Notes under the pieces: generated by a model
The model's input: only the letters and a program-made list of their open reading frames with translations
Told to the model about the DNA's origin: nothing
The model's database searches: none
Program-made: the position numbers and the translations under genes
Part shown: positions 50,345 through 59,411 of the stretch, piece after piece
How the letters are laid out: each line of letters opens with the position of its first letter
Position numbering within the stretch: the first letter of the stretch is position 1
NCBI GenBank assembly: GCA_050952085.1
Contig: JBMNKH010000004.1
Span: forward strand, 309,583-373,582
DNA: 64,000 bases
Origin: Bacillota bacterium
GTDB taxonomy: Bacteria > Bacillota > Sulfobacillia > Fermentithermobacillales > Fermentithermobacillaceae
Direction of reading: 5' to 3'

Positions 50345-50373
50345 GCAGGAATTTTCTCCTCAGGAGAGAATAT
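50345..50373 (+). promoter_or_regulatory. Putative SigH promoter (proximal)
   Basis: GCAGGAATT-11 nt-AGAGAATAT, full match to the SigH consensus. Confidence 0.55.
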
Positions 50374-50526
50374 TGCCTTTTGCAGAACAAAAGTAATCCA
50401 GGAACGACAGGTGCGTAAGGCGCATGGCCACCGTAAGCAAGCAACTTTTTCGAGAAGGAGGGAAGGGCTGCACTTTAATAGGAGGAAGGGCCACGATATC
50501 AAGCGGAGTCAGAGTTTGGCGGGTTT

Positions 50527-52017
50527 GTGTTGAGTGCGGCAATACAAATGGATGAAACTTGTATGAACGTGGAGAAAACCGAATCAGGCCTGCCGCCTAA
50601 AAGGCGGCTGAGACCGGGAAGACCGAATGTGCCGGATGCGTCAGGGGCCGGTGACAAGAAGCTCAGGACGCGCAAGCTTAACAGAAATGCCATATACATA
50701 ACCCTGGTGGCGGCGGCGGTAGTTCTCTTAGCAGTTGCAATGACTAACGCCAACCGCCCGTGTTTGTTCGCAGTCACGATTGACGGCGAACTTGTCGGAT
50801 ATACCGACGACGAAGCCCTTGTAGCCGAAATGGTGTGGAGGCTTTCAGAAGAGGAATCGTTCAGGGTTGGTGCAGAAGCCGTCCCTTCGTGTCAGATCGA
50901 TTGCCAGAAAATCAAGTGGGAAAAAGGTTTGGAAGCTACCGATCCAGATGAACTCGGAGAGATTCTCAAGGAAAAGATCGGATTTGTCGCGCCAGGCTAT
51001 GTAATATGTGTAAACGGGCAGGATGTAGTGGCCTTGTGTTCTGAAGACGCGGCACGTGGGGCGCTGGATGATCTCAGGAAGAATTACATTAACAGCATCG
51101 TAAAAGCGGGTCATGCAACCGTTGAAGAAGTGCTCATAAAGGAAAAGATCGACATAGTCGAGCAAGAAGTTGCCACATCCTTGTTCCGCAGCAAACAAGA
51201 AGCAGTCGATATCCTTACCAGGGGCACTGACAAGATGCTCAGCTACGTTGTCCAGCGAGGAGACAGCTTGTGGGCTATTGCCCAGGCCAACAACATGACC
51301 GTCGACGACCTGAGGAAAGCAAATCCGAATATCCAAGGCGACCTCATCAAGGAAGGTGAGAACCTCAACCTGATTGTGCCCGATCCTTATGTCACCTTGT
51401 ACAGCCGCGAAGTGGTGACCTACACAGTCTCGATTCCCTATTCCACAGAAGTGACCCATGATGACTCTATGTGGCCGTGGCAGGAAACTGTGACACAAGC
51501 GGGCCAGAGCGGCCAAAAAGAAGTGGTAGAGGAGATCATGAGGGAAAACGGGCAAGAAGTTTCCAGACGCAAGATTTCCGAAAGGATCCTCTCTTATCCT
51601 GTAACCCGGAAGCTTGTGAGAGGCAGCAAGCAAGTGCCTGAAATGGGTTCAGGCGAACTGGCATGGCCTGTGCAGGGTACGATAACTTCCAAGTTCGGCC
51701 CAAGGTGGGGTTCATACCACAGGGGAGTCGACATTGGGGCTGCATCAGGCACGCCAATTATAGCGGCAGATTCAGGAATGGTTGTTTTCGCAGGATGGAA
51801 CGGAGGTTACGGTAATCTCGTCAAGATAGCTCACGGGAGCAATATGCAGACATGGTATGCCCACTTGTCTAAGTTTGCAGTATCCACAGGTCAAGAGGTA
51901 AAGAAGGGCGACGTTATCGGATACGTGGGCAGCACTGGTGTGTCTACAGGCCCGCACCTGCATTTTGAAGTCCATGTTGATGGTGTTGCGAATGACCCGT
52001 TGGGTTTCTATAAATAA
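50527..52017 (+). CDS. LysM/G5/M23 peptidoglycan endopeptidase
   Basis: TM helix, LysM (YVVQRGDSLWAIA), G5 region, HRGVD and GPHLH; start uncertain. Confidence 0.88.
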   Translation: MLSAAIQMDETCMNVEKTESGLPPKRRLRPGRPNVPDASGAGDKKLRTRKLNRNAIYITLVAAAVVLLAVAMTNANRPCLFAVTIDGELVGYTDDEALVAEMVWRLSEEESFRVGAEAVPSCQIDCQKIKWEKGLEATDPDELGEILKEKIGFVAPGYVICVNGQDVVALCSEDAARGALDDLRKNYINSIVKAGHATVEEVLIKEKIDIVEQEVATSLFRSKQEAVDILTRGTDKMLSYVVQRGDSLWAIAQANNMTVDDLRKANPNIQGDLIKEGENLNLIVPDPYVTLYSREVVTYTVSIPYSTEVTHDDSMWPWQETVTQAGQSGQKEVVEEIMRENGQEVSRRKISERILSYPVTRKLVRGSKQVPEMGSGELAWPVQGTITSKFGPRWGSYHRGVDIGAASGTPIIAADSGMVVFAGWNGGYGNLVKIAHGSNMQTWYAHLSKFAVSTGQEVKKGDVIGYVGSTGVSTGPHLHFEVHVDGVANDPLGFYK

Positions 52018-52070
52018 ACAACCGGTTTATAGCGAATCACAGTATAGCAGATGATTGGGAGAATGAAACC

Positions 52071-53324
52071 ATGGCAAAGCTTGTAATCCAAGGACGTAAC
52101 AAACTCAAAGGCAGAGTCAAAATCGGAGGTTCCAAGAACTCCTCGGTAGCGATAATACCGGCGGTACTTCTTGGTGATGGCCCGTCTACCCTTGAAAACG
52201 TCCCTGCTATACGTGATGTTCAAGTGTTCGCCCAGATCCTTAAGGATCTGGGCGCGCTTGTTTCGTTGAACCAAAACACCATGACCATCTCTCCCAACGG
52301 TTTTGCATCCCATGTTGCCCCTTATGACCTGGTGCGGAAACTCAGGGCCTCGTATTACCTTATGGGTGTGCTCCTAGCCAAGTTCGGGAAAGCAGAGGTA
52401 GGGCTCCCAGGCGGGTGCGATATAGGCCCAAGGCCCATAGATCAACACCTAAAAGGCTTTAAGGCATTGGGTGCAGCCGTATCTCTCGAAGGCGGGGTTG
52501 TGCGCCTCCATGCAAACAAGCTGCAAGGCGCTCCCATATACCTGGACATCCCCAGCGTGGGAGCTACCATCAACATCATGCTGGCGGCTTGCATGGCTGA
52601 AGGCACTACCCTGATTGAGAACGCAGCCAAAGAACCCCATGTGGTAGACCTGGCCAACTGCCTAAACGCTATGGGTGCCAGGATACACGGGGCGGGCACG
52701 GACATCATCAGGATCAGGGGGGTTAAGTCCCTTAAGGGGACTTCCCATTCGGTTATCCCAGACGACATAGAAAGCGCAACTTACATGATGGCGGCAGTAG
52801 CTACAGCCGGCGACGTTGAAGTAGAGGGCGTAATAACCAAGCACCTTGAACCTGTGGTGGCGAAACTCAGGGAAGCAGGTGCTTCTATCGAGCAAAACGG
52901 CGATTACATCAGGGTTATCGGGCCTGAGCGCCCTGACCCGGTGAATGTGAAAACCCTGCCATACCCCGGTTTTCCCACAGACGCACAGCAACCCCTTACC
53001 GCGATGCTTACCAGGGCGCGTGGGGTCAGCGTCATCCATGAATCAGTCTACGAAAACAGGTTCGGGTACGTGAGCGAGCTCATTAAGATGGGCGCCAACA
53101 TCAAAGTCCAGGGCAAGACCGCTGTGGTAGAAGGAACCTCCAGGCTCGTGGGCTCACCTGTAAGGGCAACTGACCTGAGGGCAGGCGCCAGCCTGATGGT
53201 GGCAGGGCTGTCTGCTGAAGGCACCACCGAAGTATATGGGCTTGAGATTATTGAGCGCGGCTATGAGTCAGTTGTTGAGAAACTCAAAGGCCTGGGCGCG
53301 GATGTCCGGCGGGTTGAAGACTGA
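52071..53324 (+). CDS. murA: UDP-N-acetylglucosamine 1-carboxyvinyltransferase
   Basis: GSKNSS, LRASYY, LPGGCDIGPRPIDQH (catalytic Cys), PGFPTDAQ. Confidence 0.96.
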   Translation: MAKLVIQGRNKLKGRVKIGGSKNSSVAIIPAVLLGDGPSTLENVPAIRDVQVFAQILKDLGALVSLNQNTMTISPNGFASHVAPYDLVRKLRASYYLMGVLLAKFGKAEVGLPGGCDIGPRPIDQHLKGFKALGAAVSLEGGVVRLHANKLQGAPIYLDIPSVGATINIMLAACMAEGTTLIENAAKEPHVVDLANCLNAMGARIHGAGTDIIRIRGVKSLKGTSHSVIPDDIESATYMMAAVATAGDVEVEGVITKHLEPVVAKLREAGASIEQNGDYIRVIGPERPDPVNVKTLPYPGFPTDAQQPLTAMLTRARGVSVIHESVYENRFGYVSELIKMGANIKVQGKTAVVEGTSRLVGSPVRATDLRAGASLMVAGLSAEGTTEVYGLEIIERGYESVVEKLKGLGADVRRVED

Positions 53325-53513
53325 TACCGAGCCCAAACCCCTGTAAGCAGGCATTTGTTCCGATTGCCCACTGCAAATACCTTTACTTATTTACCCAATT
53401 ACCCTTGAATGGGATGTATAATAGTCTTAAACGCAATTTGCGTTTGCGATTCTGTAAACCAGGCCCAAGTGGACATTATAGAAGTATAATCTGTGTGTTT
53501 TGGGGGTGAGGTT

Positions 53514-54731
53514 TTGGATATTCAACCTCAGGCGATCCACGAAACCGACGGGCCAAGCACAAGCACAAGCAGCACAAGAAACACAAGGCGGCCCAGGTTA
53601 TGGTCATACCTTCTGGCAGGCTTGGTAGGTGCCATCATAGGGGGCTTGCTCACAACGGCTATAGTGCCCCATCTAATAATAGGGCAGATGGAAGGGCTGC
53701 AGCTCTCGGTACCGTCTTCTGGTGGGTTTTGGGAAGACGGATCTTCATACTCAGGCATTAAGTCAACTGACTACACACCTTCCAGCGATCCCTGGCAAGT
53801 GGTTGTAGATGCGGCTGAAAGAGTAAGCCCGGCAGTTGTGGGCATAGTCAACACAAAGGCAGTGTACGACCTTTTCGGCAGGCAGTACGTGAGGGACACG
53901 TCTGGTTCAGGCGTGATCATCACAAGTGACGGGTATATAGTCACAAACAACCACGTGATAGCAGGCGACTCCAGGCAGCTAACTGTGTTTCTTTCAGACG
54001 GGCGGACCATGGAGGCGAGAATCATCGGAACAGACCCGGCCACTGACCTTGCAGTGATCAAAATCGACGGTTCAGGACTCCCGACGGCTGTTTTCGGTGA
54101 TTCAGACAGCTTGAAGCCTGGGCAGCTGGCTATTGCCATCGGCAATCCTTTGGGCATGGAGTTCAACAGGTCGGTCACAGTTGGTGTGATTTCAGGACTG
54201 GACAGGGTACTCAGGATCGGTGACGGGTACATGCGGCTGATTCAGACTGATGCTGTGATCAACCCAGGCAACAGCGGTGGGCCCCTGATAAACGGCGATG
54301 CGCAGGTTATTGGGTTGAACTCAGCTAAACTCAACGTTGAAGCTGTGGAAGGTATGGGGTTTGCCATCCCATCAAACCAGGTAAAGCGCATAGTAAGGGA
54401 AATCATGGAGACCGGCAAGGTACGCAGGGCGTTTGCAGGGCTGAGCCTTATGGACCGCACTGAAGTAAGGATATACAAGCCCACTGTGAAGATAGACCGT
54501 GGTATTTACGTGTACGACGTAGTGTCCGGAGGGCCTGCTGCTAAGGCGGGAGTTCGTCAAGGTGACGTGGTGATTGAATTCGCAGGACATACTGTAAACG
54601 ACGTGGGCACCTTCGTAGCCCTGATATCCGAACTGTCGCCAGGGAAAACCGTTAAGATAAAGGTGCTCAGGGACGGGCAAGAGCTGGAATTTACCATAAC
54701 CCTTGTTGAGGCACCGTCAGATACCAGGTGA
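53514..54731 (+). CDS. htrA: HtrA-family serine protease with PDZ domain
   Basis: TM, VTNNHV, TDLAV, NPGNSGGPL, C-terminal PDZ. Confidence 0.93.
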   Translation: MDIQPQAIHETDGPSTSTSSTRNTRRPRLWSYLLAGLVGAIIGGLLTTAIVPHLIIGQMEGLQLSVPSSGGFWEDGSSYSGIKSTDYTPSSDPWQVVVDAAERVSPAVVGIVNTKAVYDLFGRQYVRDTSGSGVIITSDGYIVTNNHVIAGDSRQLTVFLSDGRTMEARIIGTDPATDLAVIKIDGSGLPTAVFGDSDSLKPGQLAIAIGNPLGMEFNRSVTVGVISGLDRVLRIGDGYMRLIQTDAVINPGNSGGPLINGDAQVIGLNSAKLNVEAVEGMGFAIPSNQVKRIVREIMETGKVRRAFAGLSLMDRTEVRIYKPTVKIDRGIYVYDVVSGGPAAKAGVRQGDVVIEFAGHTVNDVGTFVALISELSPGKTVKIKVLRDGQELEFTITLVEAPSDTR

Positions 54732-54859
54732 TAGTGACCGGTAATTGATCCCGTGGGCGGGATTATGGCACCACCGGTATTATTGGTTCGCGCCTGGTGT
54801 GGTCTGGACGCCCAAACGTCTGACGTGCGCCTAAGCGCCAAGGGAACAGGATGGGCAAG

Positions 54860-54888
54860 AAAGCGGCTGTCAAAGTCAGCCGCTTTTT
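54860..54888. terminator. Bidirectional intrinsic terminator
   Basis: AAAGCGGCTG-7 nt-CAGCCGCTTTTT between convergent htrA and PBP genes. Confidence 0.8.
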
Positions 54889-54916
54889 GTTTGACCCTCT
54901 GTGGCTGGATGTCAAA

Positions 54917-57319
54917 TCAGGGTTTCAGGGGGACGGCCGCCTCAACTTCTTCTCCATCAAGTTTCTGGTCCTGTTCTGGTTCGTCCTGATCACCGGGCCT
55001 ATCTGGGTCACCAGGTACGCCAGGCTGTATACCCGGCAAGTCCGGTTGTACATCCGGCAAAGCCGGTTGTGCGCCTGGCAAGGATTGGCCCGGTTCCAGT
55101 TCTCCATCCCCGGGTTCACCGCTTGGCCAGACGAAAGGCAGGCCCTCGTCTGTTTCGTCCTCCTCAAGGCTGGCAGATGCAGCCGCAGGCGCGTCTTTCG
55201 GGATGAAATAGGGTACCCCGTTGGTTCCCGTGTTTTCAGGTTCGTCATCGAGGTTTCTCCTAAGCAGGTACTCAAATACGTGGTTGGTTTGGCAGACCGG
55301 CGTAATTGTGCCTTGCTTGAACAACTCATAGTGCCAGTCAAAACACGTTATGTTCGCCCTCTGCCCTGTCTTGTCGCAAACCCTTCCCCAATACAGGTTA
55401 TCAGGCATATCCCAACCCCTAACCGGCTTACCCGAAAGTGCATTACCCATGAAACTCGCCCAGATAGGTCCTGCTACTGAAGAACCGGTGCCTGACAACG
55501 ATTCCTCCCGGTTGTCCCAGCCTACGTATACTGCACAAGCGAGTTCCCTGGTGTACCCTACGAACCACGCTTCCAGGTGGCTGTCTGTAGTGCCGGTCTT
55601 GCCTGCGACCGGCCTGTTTCCCAGGAAACCTTCAAGCCCCGAGCCTGTGCCGCCTGGGCTGAACACTGATCGCAAAACGCTGGTAAGCATGTATGCCGTA
55701 TCCGGGTTCAACGCTTGCCTGGTTTCAACCTGGTTTTCCAGCAACACCTTTCCATTGGAATCAACAAGTTTCAGGATAGCTATTGGCTTGGCGTACGTGC
55801 CTTGGGCAGACAAAGCTGCACATGCTGCTGCCATTTCAAGCGGCGCAACCTCGGATGCTCCAAGCGCCAGCGGTATATTAGATTCAAGAGGGCTCTCTAC
55901 CCCCAGTTTTCTTGCGTACTGGATAATGGTGCCTGGGCCGACCTCTGATGCCCACTTGGTGGCAACCACGTTGTCCGATATAGCAACTGCCTGGCGGACA
56001 TCCAAAGGTGCGTAATGATATGGTTGCCAGCCAAAGTCCCTTGGCTTGTACACGTCGCCTGAAGATTTTCCGGGAAATTCAACAGGTTCACACATTTGGG
56101 TGTGGCTGATCCCATACCCTGAATCCAACACTGCCGCATAAAGGAAAATCTTGAACGCAGAGCCGGGTTGCCTTCTTACCTGGTAAGCGCGGTTAAGCTG
56201 GGTTTCGCTGTAACTGCGCCCGCCGATAAGCGCCTTCATATGCCCGGTATACGGCTCAACCGCAACCAGGGCACCCTGAGGCTGTGTTATGCCTTGTGCG
56301 TCTTGAGTGCCTTCAGGCATGTAGCGGGAGAACGCCTGTTCAGCAGCTGCCTGCATGTCAAGGTCCAGGGTTGTGTAGACCTCATATCCGCCCCGGTATA
56401 TCTCTGAAGCTACGTCCGGGTTCCATTCACGGATTTGCGCCACCACAAAGTCAACGAAGTATGCAGCACTACTCTTTGGAATGCCTGCAAGCTGGATTTC
56501 TTCTTGTTTAGCTTCTTCGGCCGTGGCCTCATCGATCATCCCCTGCTCTACCATCAGATTGAGTACTATCGCTTTCCTCTCTTCAGCCTTGTCCATATCG
56601 TGGTAGGGGGAGTATATCTCCGGCCCTTTGATAATCCCGGCCAACATGGCCGACTCTGCCAGTGTGAGGTCTTTCACCGGTTTGCCGAAATACAGCTTGG
56701 ACGCTGTTTCACAACCATATCTCCCATGGCCGAGATAAATGATATTCAGGTACATTTCCAGGATTTCTTCTTTGGTGTAGCGCATCTCAAGCTTAACCGT
56801 GTAGATTGCTTCGAGTATCTTGCGCTTTATGGTTCTTTCGTGGGTGAGGAACAGGTTCTTGGCAAGCTGCTGGCTGATTGTGCTTCCTCCCTCAACTACC
56901 TCTCCCGCTTTGAAGTTCCTAAGCAAAGCCCTGGCAAGGGAGTTCAAGTCAATCCCTTTATGGGAGAAAAACCGCTTGTCTTCTACCGCCACCACTGCAT
57001 TCTTAAGCGATTCAGGTATCTCGTCGTAGGGGACTACCACCCGGTTTTCAACGAAGAGGGAAGAAACAAGGTCACCGTTAACGTCATATATGCGGGTAGC
57101 TTCAGGTATCGACAGTTCAGGCAGGGGCAGGAACGCGAAGAGGGCACCAATGAAGCCAATGAATAGGAGGACCATTACTACACCTGCTTTTACCAGGGTG
57201 AGCAACGTGCTTCTTAGGCGGAAGGTTTCCGCTTTGGATGTTGGTCTTGCCGCGCTGTCCGGCCTTGACATATTTTCCGGCTTTGCACTGCGCCTGACTG
57301 TGTCTGATGCGTCTGCCAT
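54917..57319 (-). CDS. Class A penicillin-binding protein (PBP1A family)
   Basis: EDKRFFSH, GGSTISQQL, SAFK (SxxK), SDN, KTGT; acidic/Pro-rich C-terminal tail. Confidence 0.93.
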   Translation of the reverse strand: MADASDTVRRSAKPENMSRPDSAARPTSKAETFRLRSTLLTLVKAGVVMVLLFIGFIGALFAFLPLPELSIPEATRIYDVNGDLVSSLFVENRVVVPYDEIPESLKNAVVAVEDKRFFSHKGIDLNSLARALLRNFKAGEVVEGGSTISQQLAKNLFLTHERTIKRKILEAIYTVKLEMRYTKEEILEMYLNIIYLGHGRYGCETASKLYFGKPVKDLTLAESAMLAGIIKGPEIYSPYHDMDKAEERKAIVLNLMVEQGMIDEATAEEAKQEEIQLAGIPKSSAAYFVDFVVAQIREWNPDVASEIYRGGYEVYTTLDLDMQAAAEQAFSRYMPEGTQDAQGITQPQGALVAVEPYTGHMKALIGGRSYSETQLNRAYQVRRQPGSAFKIFLYAAVLDSGYGISHTQMCEPVEFPGKSSGDVYKPRDFGWQPYHYAPLDVRQAVAISDNVVATKWASEVGPGTIIQYARKLGVESPLESNIPLALGASEVAPLEMAAACAALSAQGTYAKPIAILKLVDSNGKVLLENQVETRQALNPDTAYMLTSVLRSVFSPGGTGSGLEGFLGNRPVAGKTGTTDSHLEAWFVGYTRELACAVYVGWDNREESLSGTGSSVAGPIWASFMGNALSGKPVRGWDMPDNLYWGRVCDKTGQRANITCFDWHYELFKQGTITPVCQTNHVFEYLLRRNLDDEPENTGTNGVPYFIPKDAPAAASASLEEDETDEGLPFVWPSGEPGDGELEPGQSLPGAQPALPDVQPDLPGIQPGVPGDPDRPGDQDEPEQDQKLDGEEVEAAVPLKP

Positions 57320-57548
57320 GCCCAGTCCTCCTTTTCCTGAACACCCCGTCACTGAACAACCAAGCTTATCAACCTTCTGTTAGAAAGGCAATATGCATTG
57401 GATCTGCATGCCCTGGGTATCGTCCCCATGTGCTCTTCCGGCACACAAGTCTCGTCCCTATGCGCCGCTCTGGCACAGGCTCCCGGACTGTCCCCGGGCA
57501 CCATCTAATGTCCCCCAAAACCCTTATTGTCAACAGGGAAGGCCGTAT

Positions 57549-57577
57549 TTCACCGGGCTGTCCTTTTCTGATATAAT
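57549..57577 (+). promoter_or_regulatory. Putative SigA promoter of speE-speB
   Basis: TTCACC-17 nt-TATAAT with TGn extension. Confidence 0.5.
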
Positions 57578-57632
57578 TCCCTCGATGTTTGGCGAGGATA
57601 TTTGTACTAATGAACCCGGGGGTGGGATTCAG

Positions 57633-58469
57633 GTGAAAGTATGGTTCACTGAAGAATGGGTCACAGGCTTTATGATCGGGATACAGATAGAGTCTGTGGT
57701 TTACATCAAGCGCACCAAGTACCAGCACCTGGCTATTTACGATACCGTGGAATTAGGCAGGATACTCACGCTTGACAACGTGATCCAGACAACAGAGAAG
57801 TACGAGTACCTGTACCATGAAGCCATCGCACATGTTCCCCTGTTTAGCCATGAGAGCCCTGAGCACGTGTTGATTATCGGCGGAGGGGACGGCGGAACCC
57901 TCAGGGAAGTTATGAGACATCCTGAGGTAAAGCAGGCTGTAATGGTGGACATTGACGGCGACGTTATCGAAGCTTCAAAGCAGTACCTACCCCTTTGGAA
58001 CACCGGGTTCAACGATCCACGGGCCACAGTCTTGGTTGAGGACGGGCTCAGGTTCGTTGCGGAAACAGACCAGAAGTTCGATTTGGTGCTGGTTGATTCA
58101 ACAGACCCTGAAGGCCCCGGCTTAGCTTTGTTTACCCCCGAGTTCTATCAGTCCATAGGCAAGATACTCAAGCCAGGCGGTATGCTGTGTGCACAAACTG
58201 AAAGCCCGCTTGCGATGCCTGCTATGGTCAGGGAGATATATCAAAGGATAGCTAAGGTATTCCCAGTGGCCAAACTTTACACTGCCCCGGTTCCCAGTTA
58301 TCCGGGATCATTGTGGAGTTTCACTTGTGCATCGTTTGAGGCGGATCCTGAGAATCCATTGCGCGAGCCTGACGATTCGTGGAACCTGAAGTTCTACTCG
58401 CCTGAGATTCACCGCAGTATGTTTGTACTCAGCCCTAAGATTAAGCGCGACGTAGGCATTACATACTAG
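57633..58469 (+). CDS. speE: Polyamine aminopropyltransferase (spermidine synthase)
   Basis: WFTE start, YHEAIAH, IIGGGDGG, VDSTDP. Confidence 0.93.
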   Translation: MKVWFTEEWVTGFMIGIQIESVVYIKRTKYQHLAIYDTVELGRILTLDNVIQTTEKYEYLYHEAIAHVPLFSHESPEHVLIIGGGDGGTLREVMRHPEVKQAVMVDIDGDVIEASKQYLPLWNTGFNDPRATVLVEDGLRFVAETDQKFDLVLVDSTDPEGPGLALFTPEFYQSIGKILKPGGMLCAQTESPLAMPAMVREIYQRIAKVFPVAKLYTAPVPSYPGSLWSFTCASFEADPENPLREPDDSWNLKFYSPEIHRSMFVLSPKIKRDVGITY

Positions 58470-58495
58470 ATAGGATAATTTGGAGGTACATTGTA

Positions 58496-59374
58496 TTGTT
58501 CGAAGCACCTGGCACTGAATGGGTCAGCCCGCATAAGCTTCTGTGGTCGTCTTTCAACCAAAACGCACCCTGTGTAATCATGGGAGTTCCTCTAGACGAG
58601 ACTACATCGTTCAGGCCGGGTACCAGGTTTGGGCCGGCTGCAACAAGGGAAGCGTCAATGGCGCTTGAAGACTTCTCTTTGTGGCAGAGACGCACCCTGG
58701 TGGCGGAAAACTACTATGATGCAGGCGACCTGGTGCTGCCAATGGGAAACGTGGAAAACGCCCTTGGGGTGATAGAGGTTGCCGCCAGGGAGATCGTCCA
58801 CAGCGGCCGCAAGTTCATGGCAATAGGGGGAGAGCATCTCATTACATACCCGCTGGTACAGGCGGTGCTCCAGGCATATCCTGACCTTGTGGTAATACAC
58901 CTTGACGCCCACGCAGACTTGAAATCCAGATTCACCGGGACAGAGCTTTCCCACGGCACTGTAATGCGCAGGATCGTAGAATTGCTGGGACCGGGAAGGG
59001 TATTCCAACTTGGGATACGTTCTGCAACAGAAGAGGAACTGCAGGAAGCCCAAGGCCTGTCTGAAATCCATTTTTTCAATGTGATAGAACCCCTGAAATC
59101 AATAATGCCAAGGATAGACGGCCGTCCAGTATACCTTACAATAGATATTGATGTAGCTGATCCTGCGTTTGCTCCTGGGACAGGTGTTCCGGAGCCAGGC
59201 GGGATTACATCCCAGGAACTGCTGGAGGCAGTCGCATACCTCGCCGGAAGCAACATTGTAGGCGCAGACCTGGTTGAGGTGGCGCCTGCTTACGATAACA
59301 CAGGCCAGACAGGGCTGCTTGCTGCAGCTGTTGTGAGAGAATGTCTCTTACTGCTGGCTCCTGACGGGAAGTGA
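58496..59374 (+). CDS. speB: Agmatinase
   Basis: SFRPGTRFGP, GGEHLIT, DAHAD, SHGT, DIDVAD. Confidence 0.92.
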   Translation: MFEAPGTEWVSPHKLLWSSFNQNAPCVIMGVPLDETTSFRPGTRFGPAATREASMALEDFSLWQRRTLVAENYYDAGDLVLPMGNVENALGVIEVAAREIVHSGRKFMAIGGEHLITYPLVQAVLQAYPDLVVIHLDAHADLKSRFTGTELSHGTVMRRIVELLGPGRVFQLGIRSATEEELQEAQGLSEIHFFNVIEPLKSIMPRIDGRPVYLTIDIDVADPAFAPGTGVPEPGGITSQELLEAVAYLAGSNIVGADLVEVAPAYDNTGQTGLLAAAVVRECLLLLAPDGK

Positions 59375-59411
59375 AAGCAGCTGGGTAAGCTGCGAAAGGA
59401 GTTGTGCCCCG

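Noticed and set aside
50087-50526. c-di-AMP (ydaO) or c-di-GMP riboswitch upstream of the LysM/G5/M23 gene
   Set aside because: Expected conserved segments are not visible; the hairpin at 50344-50378 coincides with the SigH-like promoter.
54732-54859. Possible structured RNA after htrA
   Set aside because: Only a short hairpin (GATCCCG/CGGGATT) and no recognisable family motif; may be ordinary 3' UTR.
57393-57632. 80-aa N-terminal extension of SpeE given by the ORF track
   Set aside because: Region contains a SigA-like promoter and the family N-terminus (WFTE) begins at GTG 57633.
57633-59374. Aminopropylagmatine route for speE-speB
   Set aside because: Substrate order cannot be told from sequence by eye; it needs enzyme assays.
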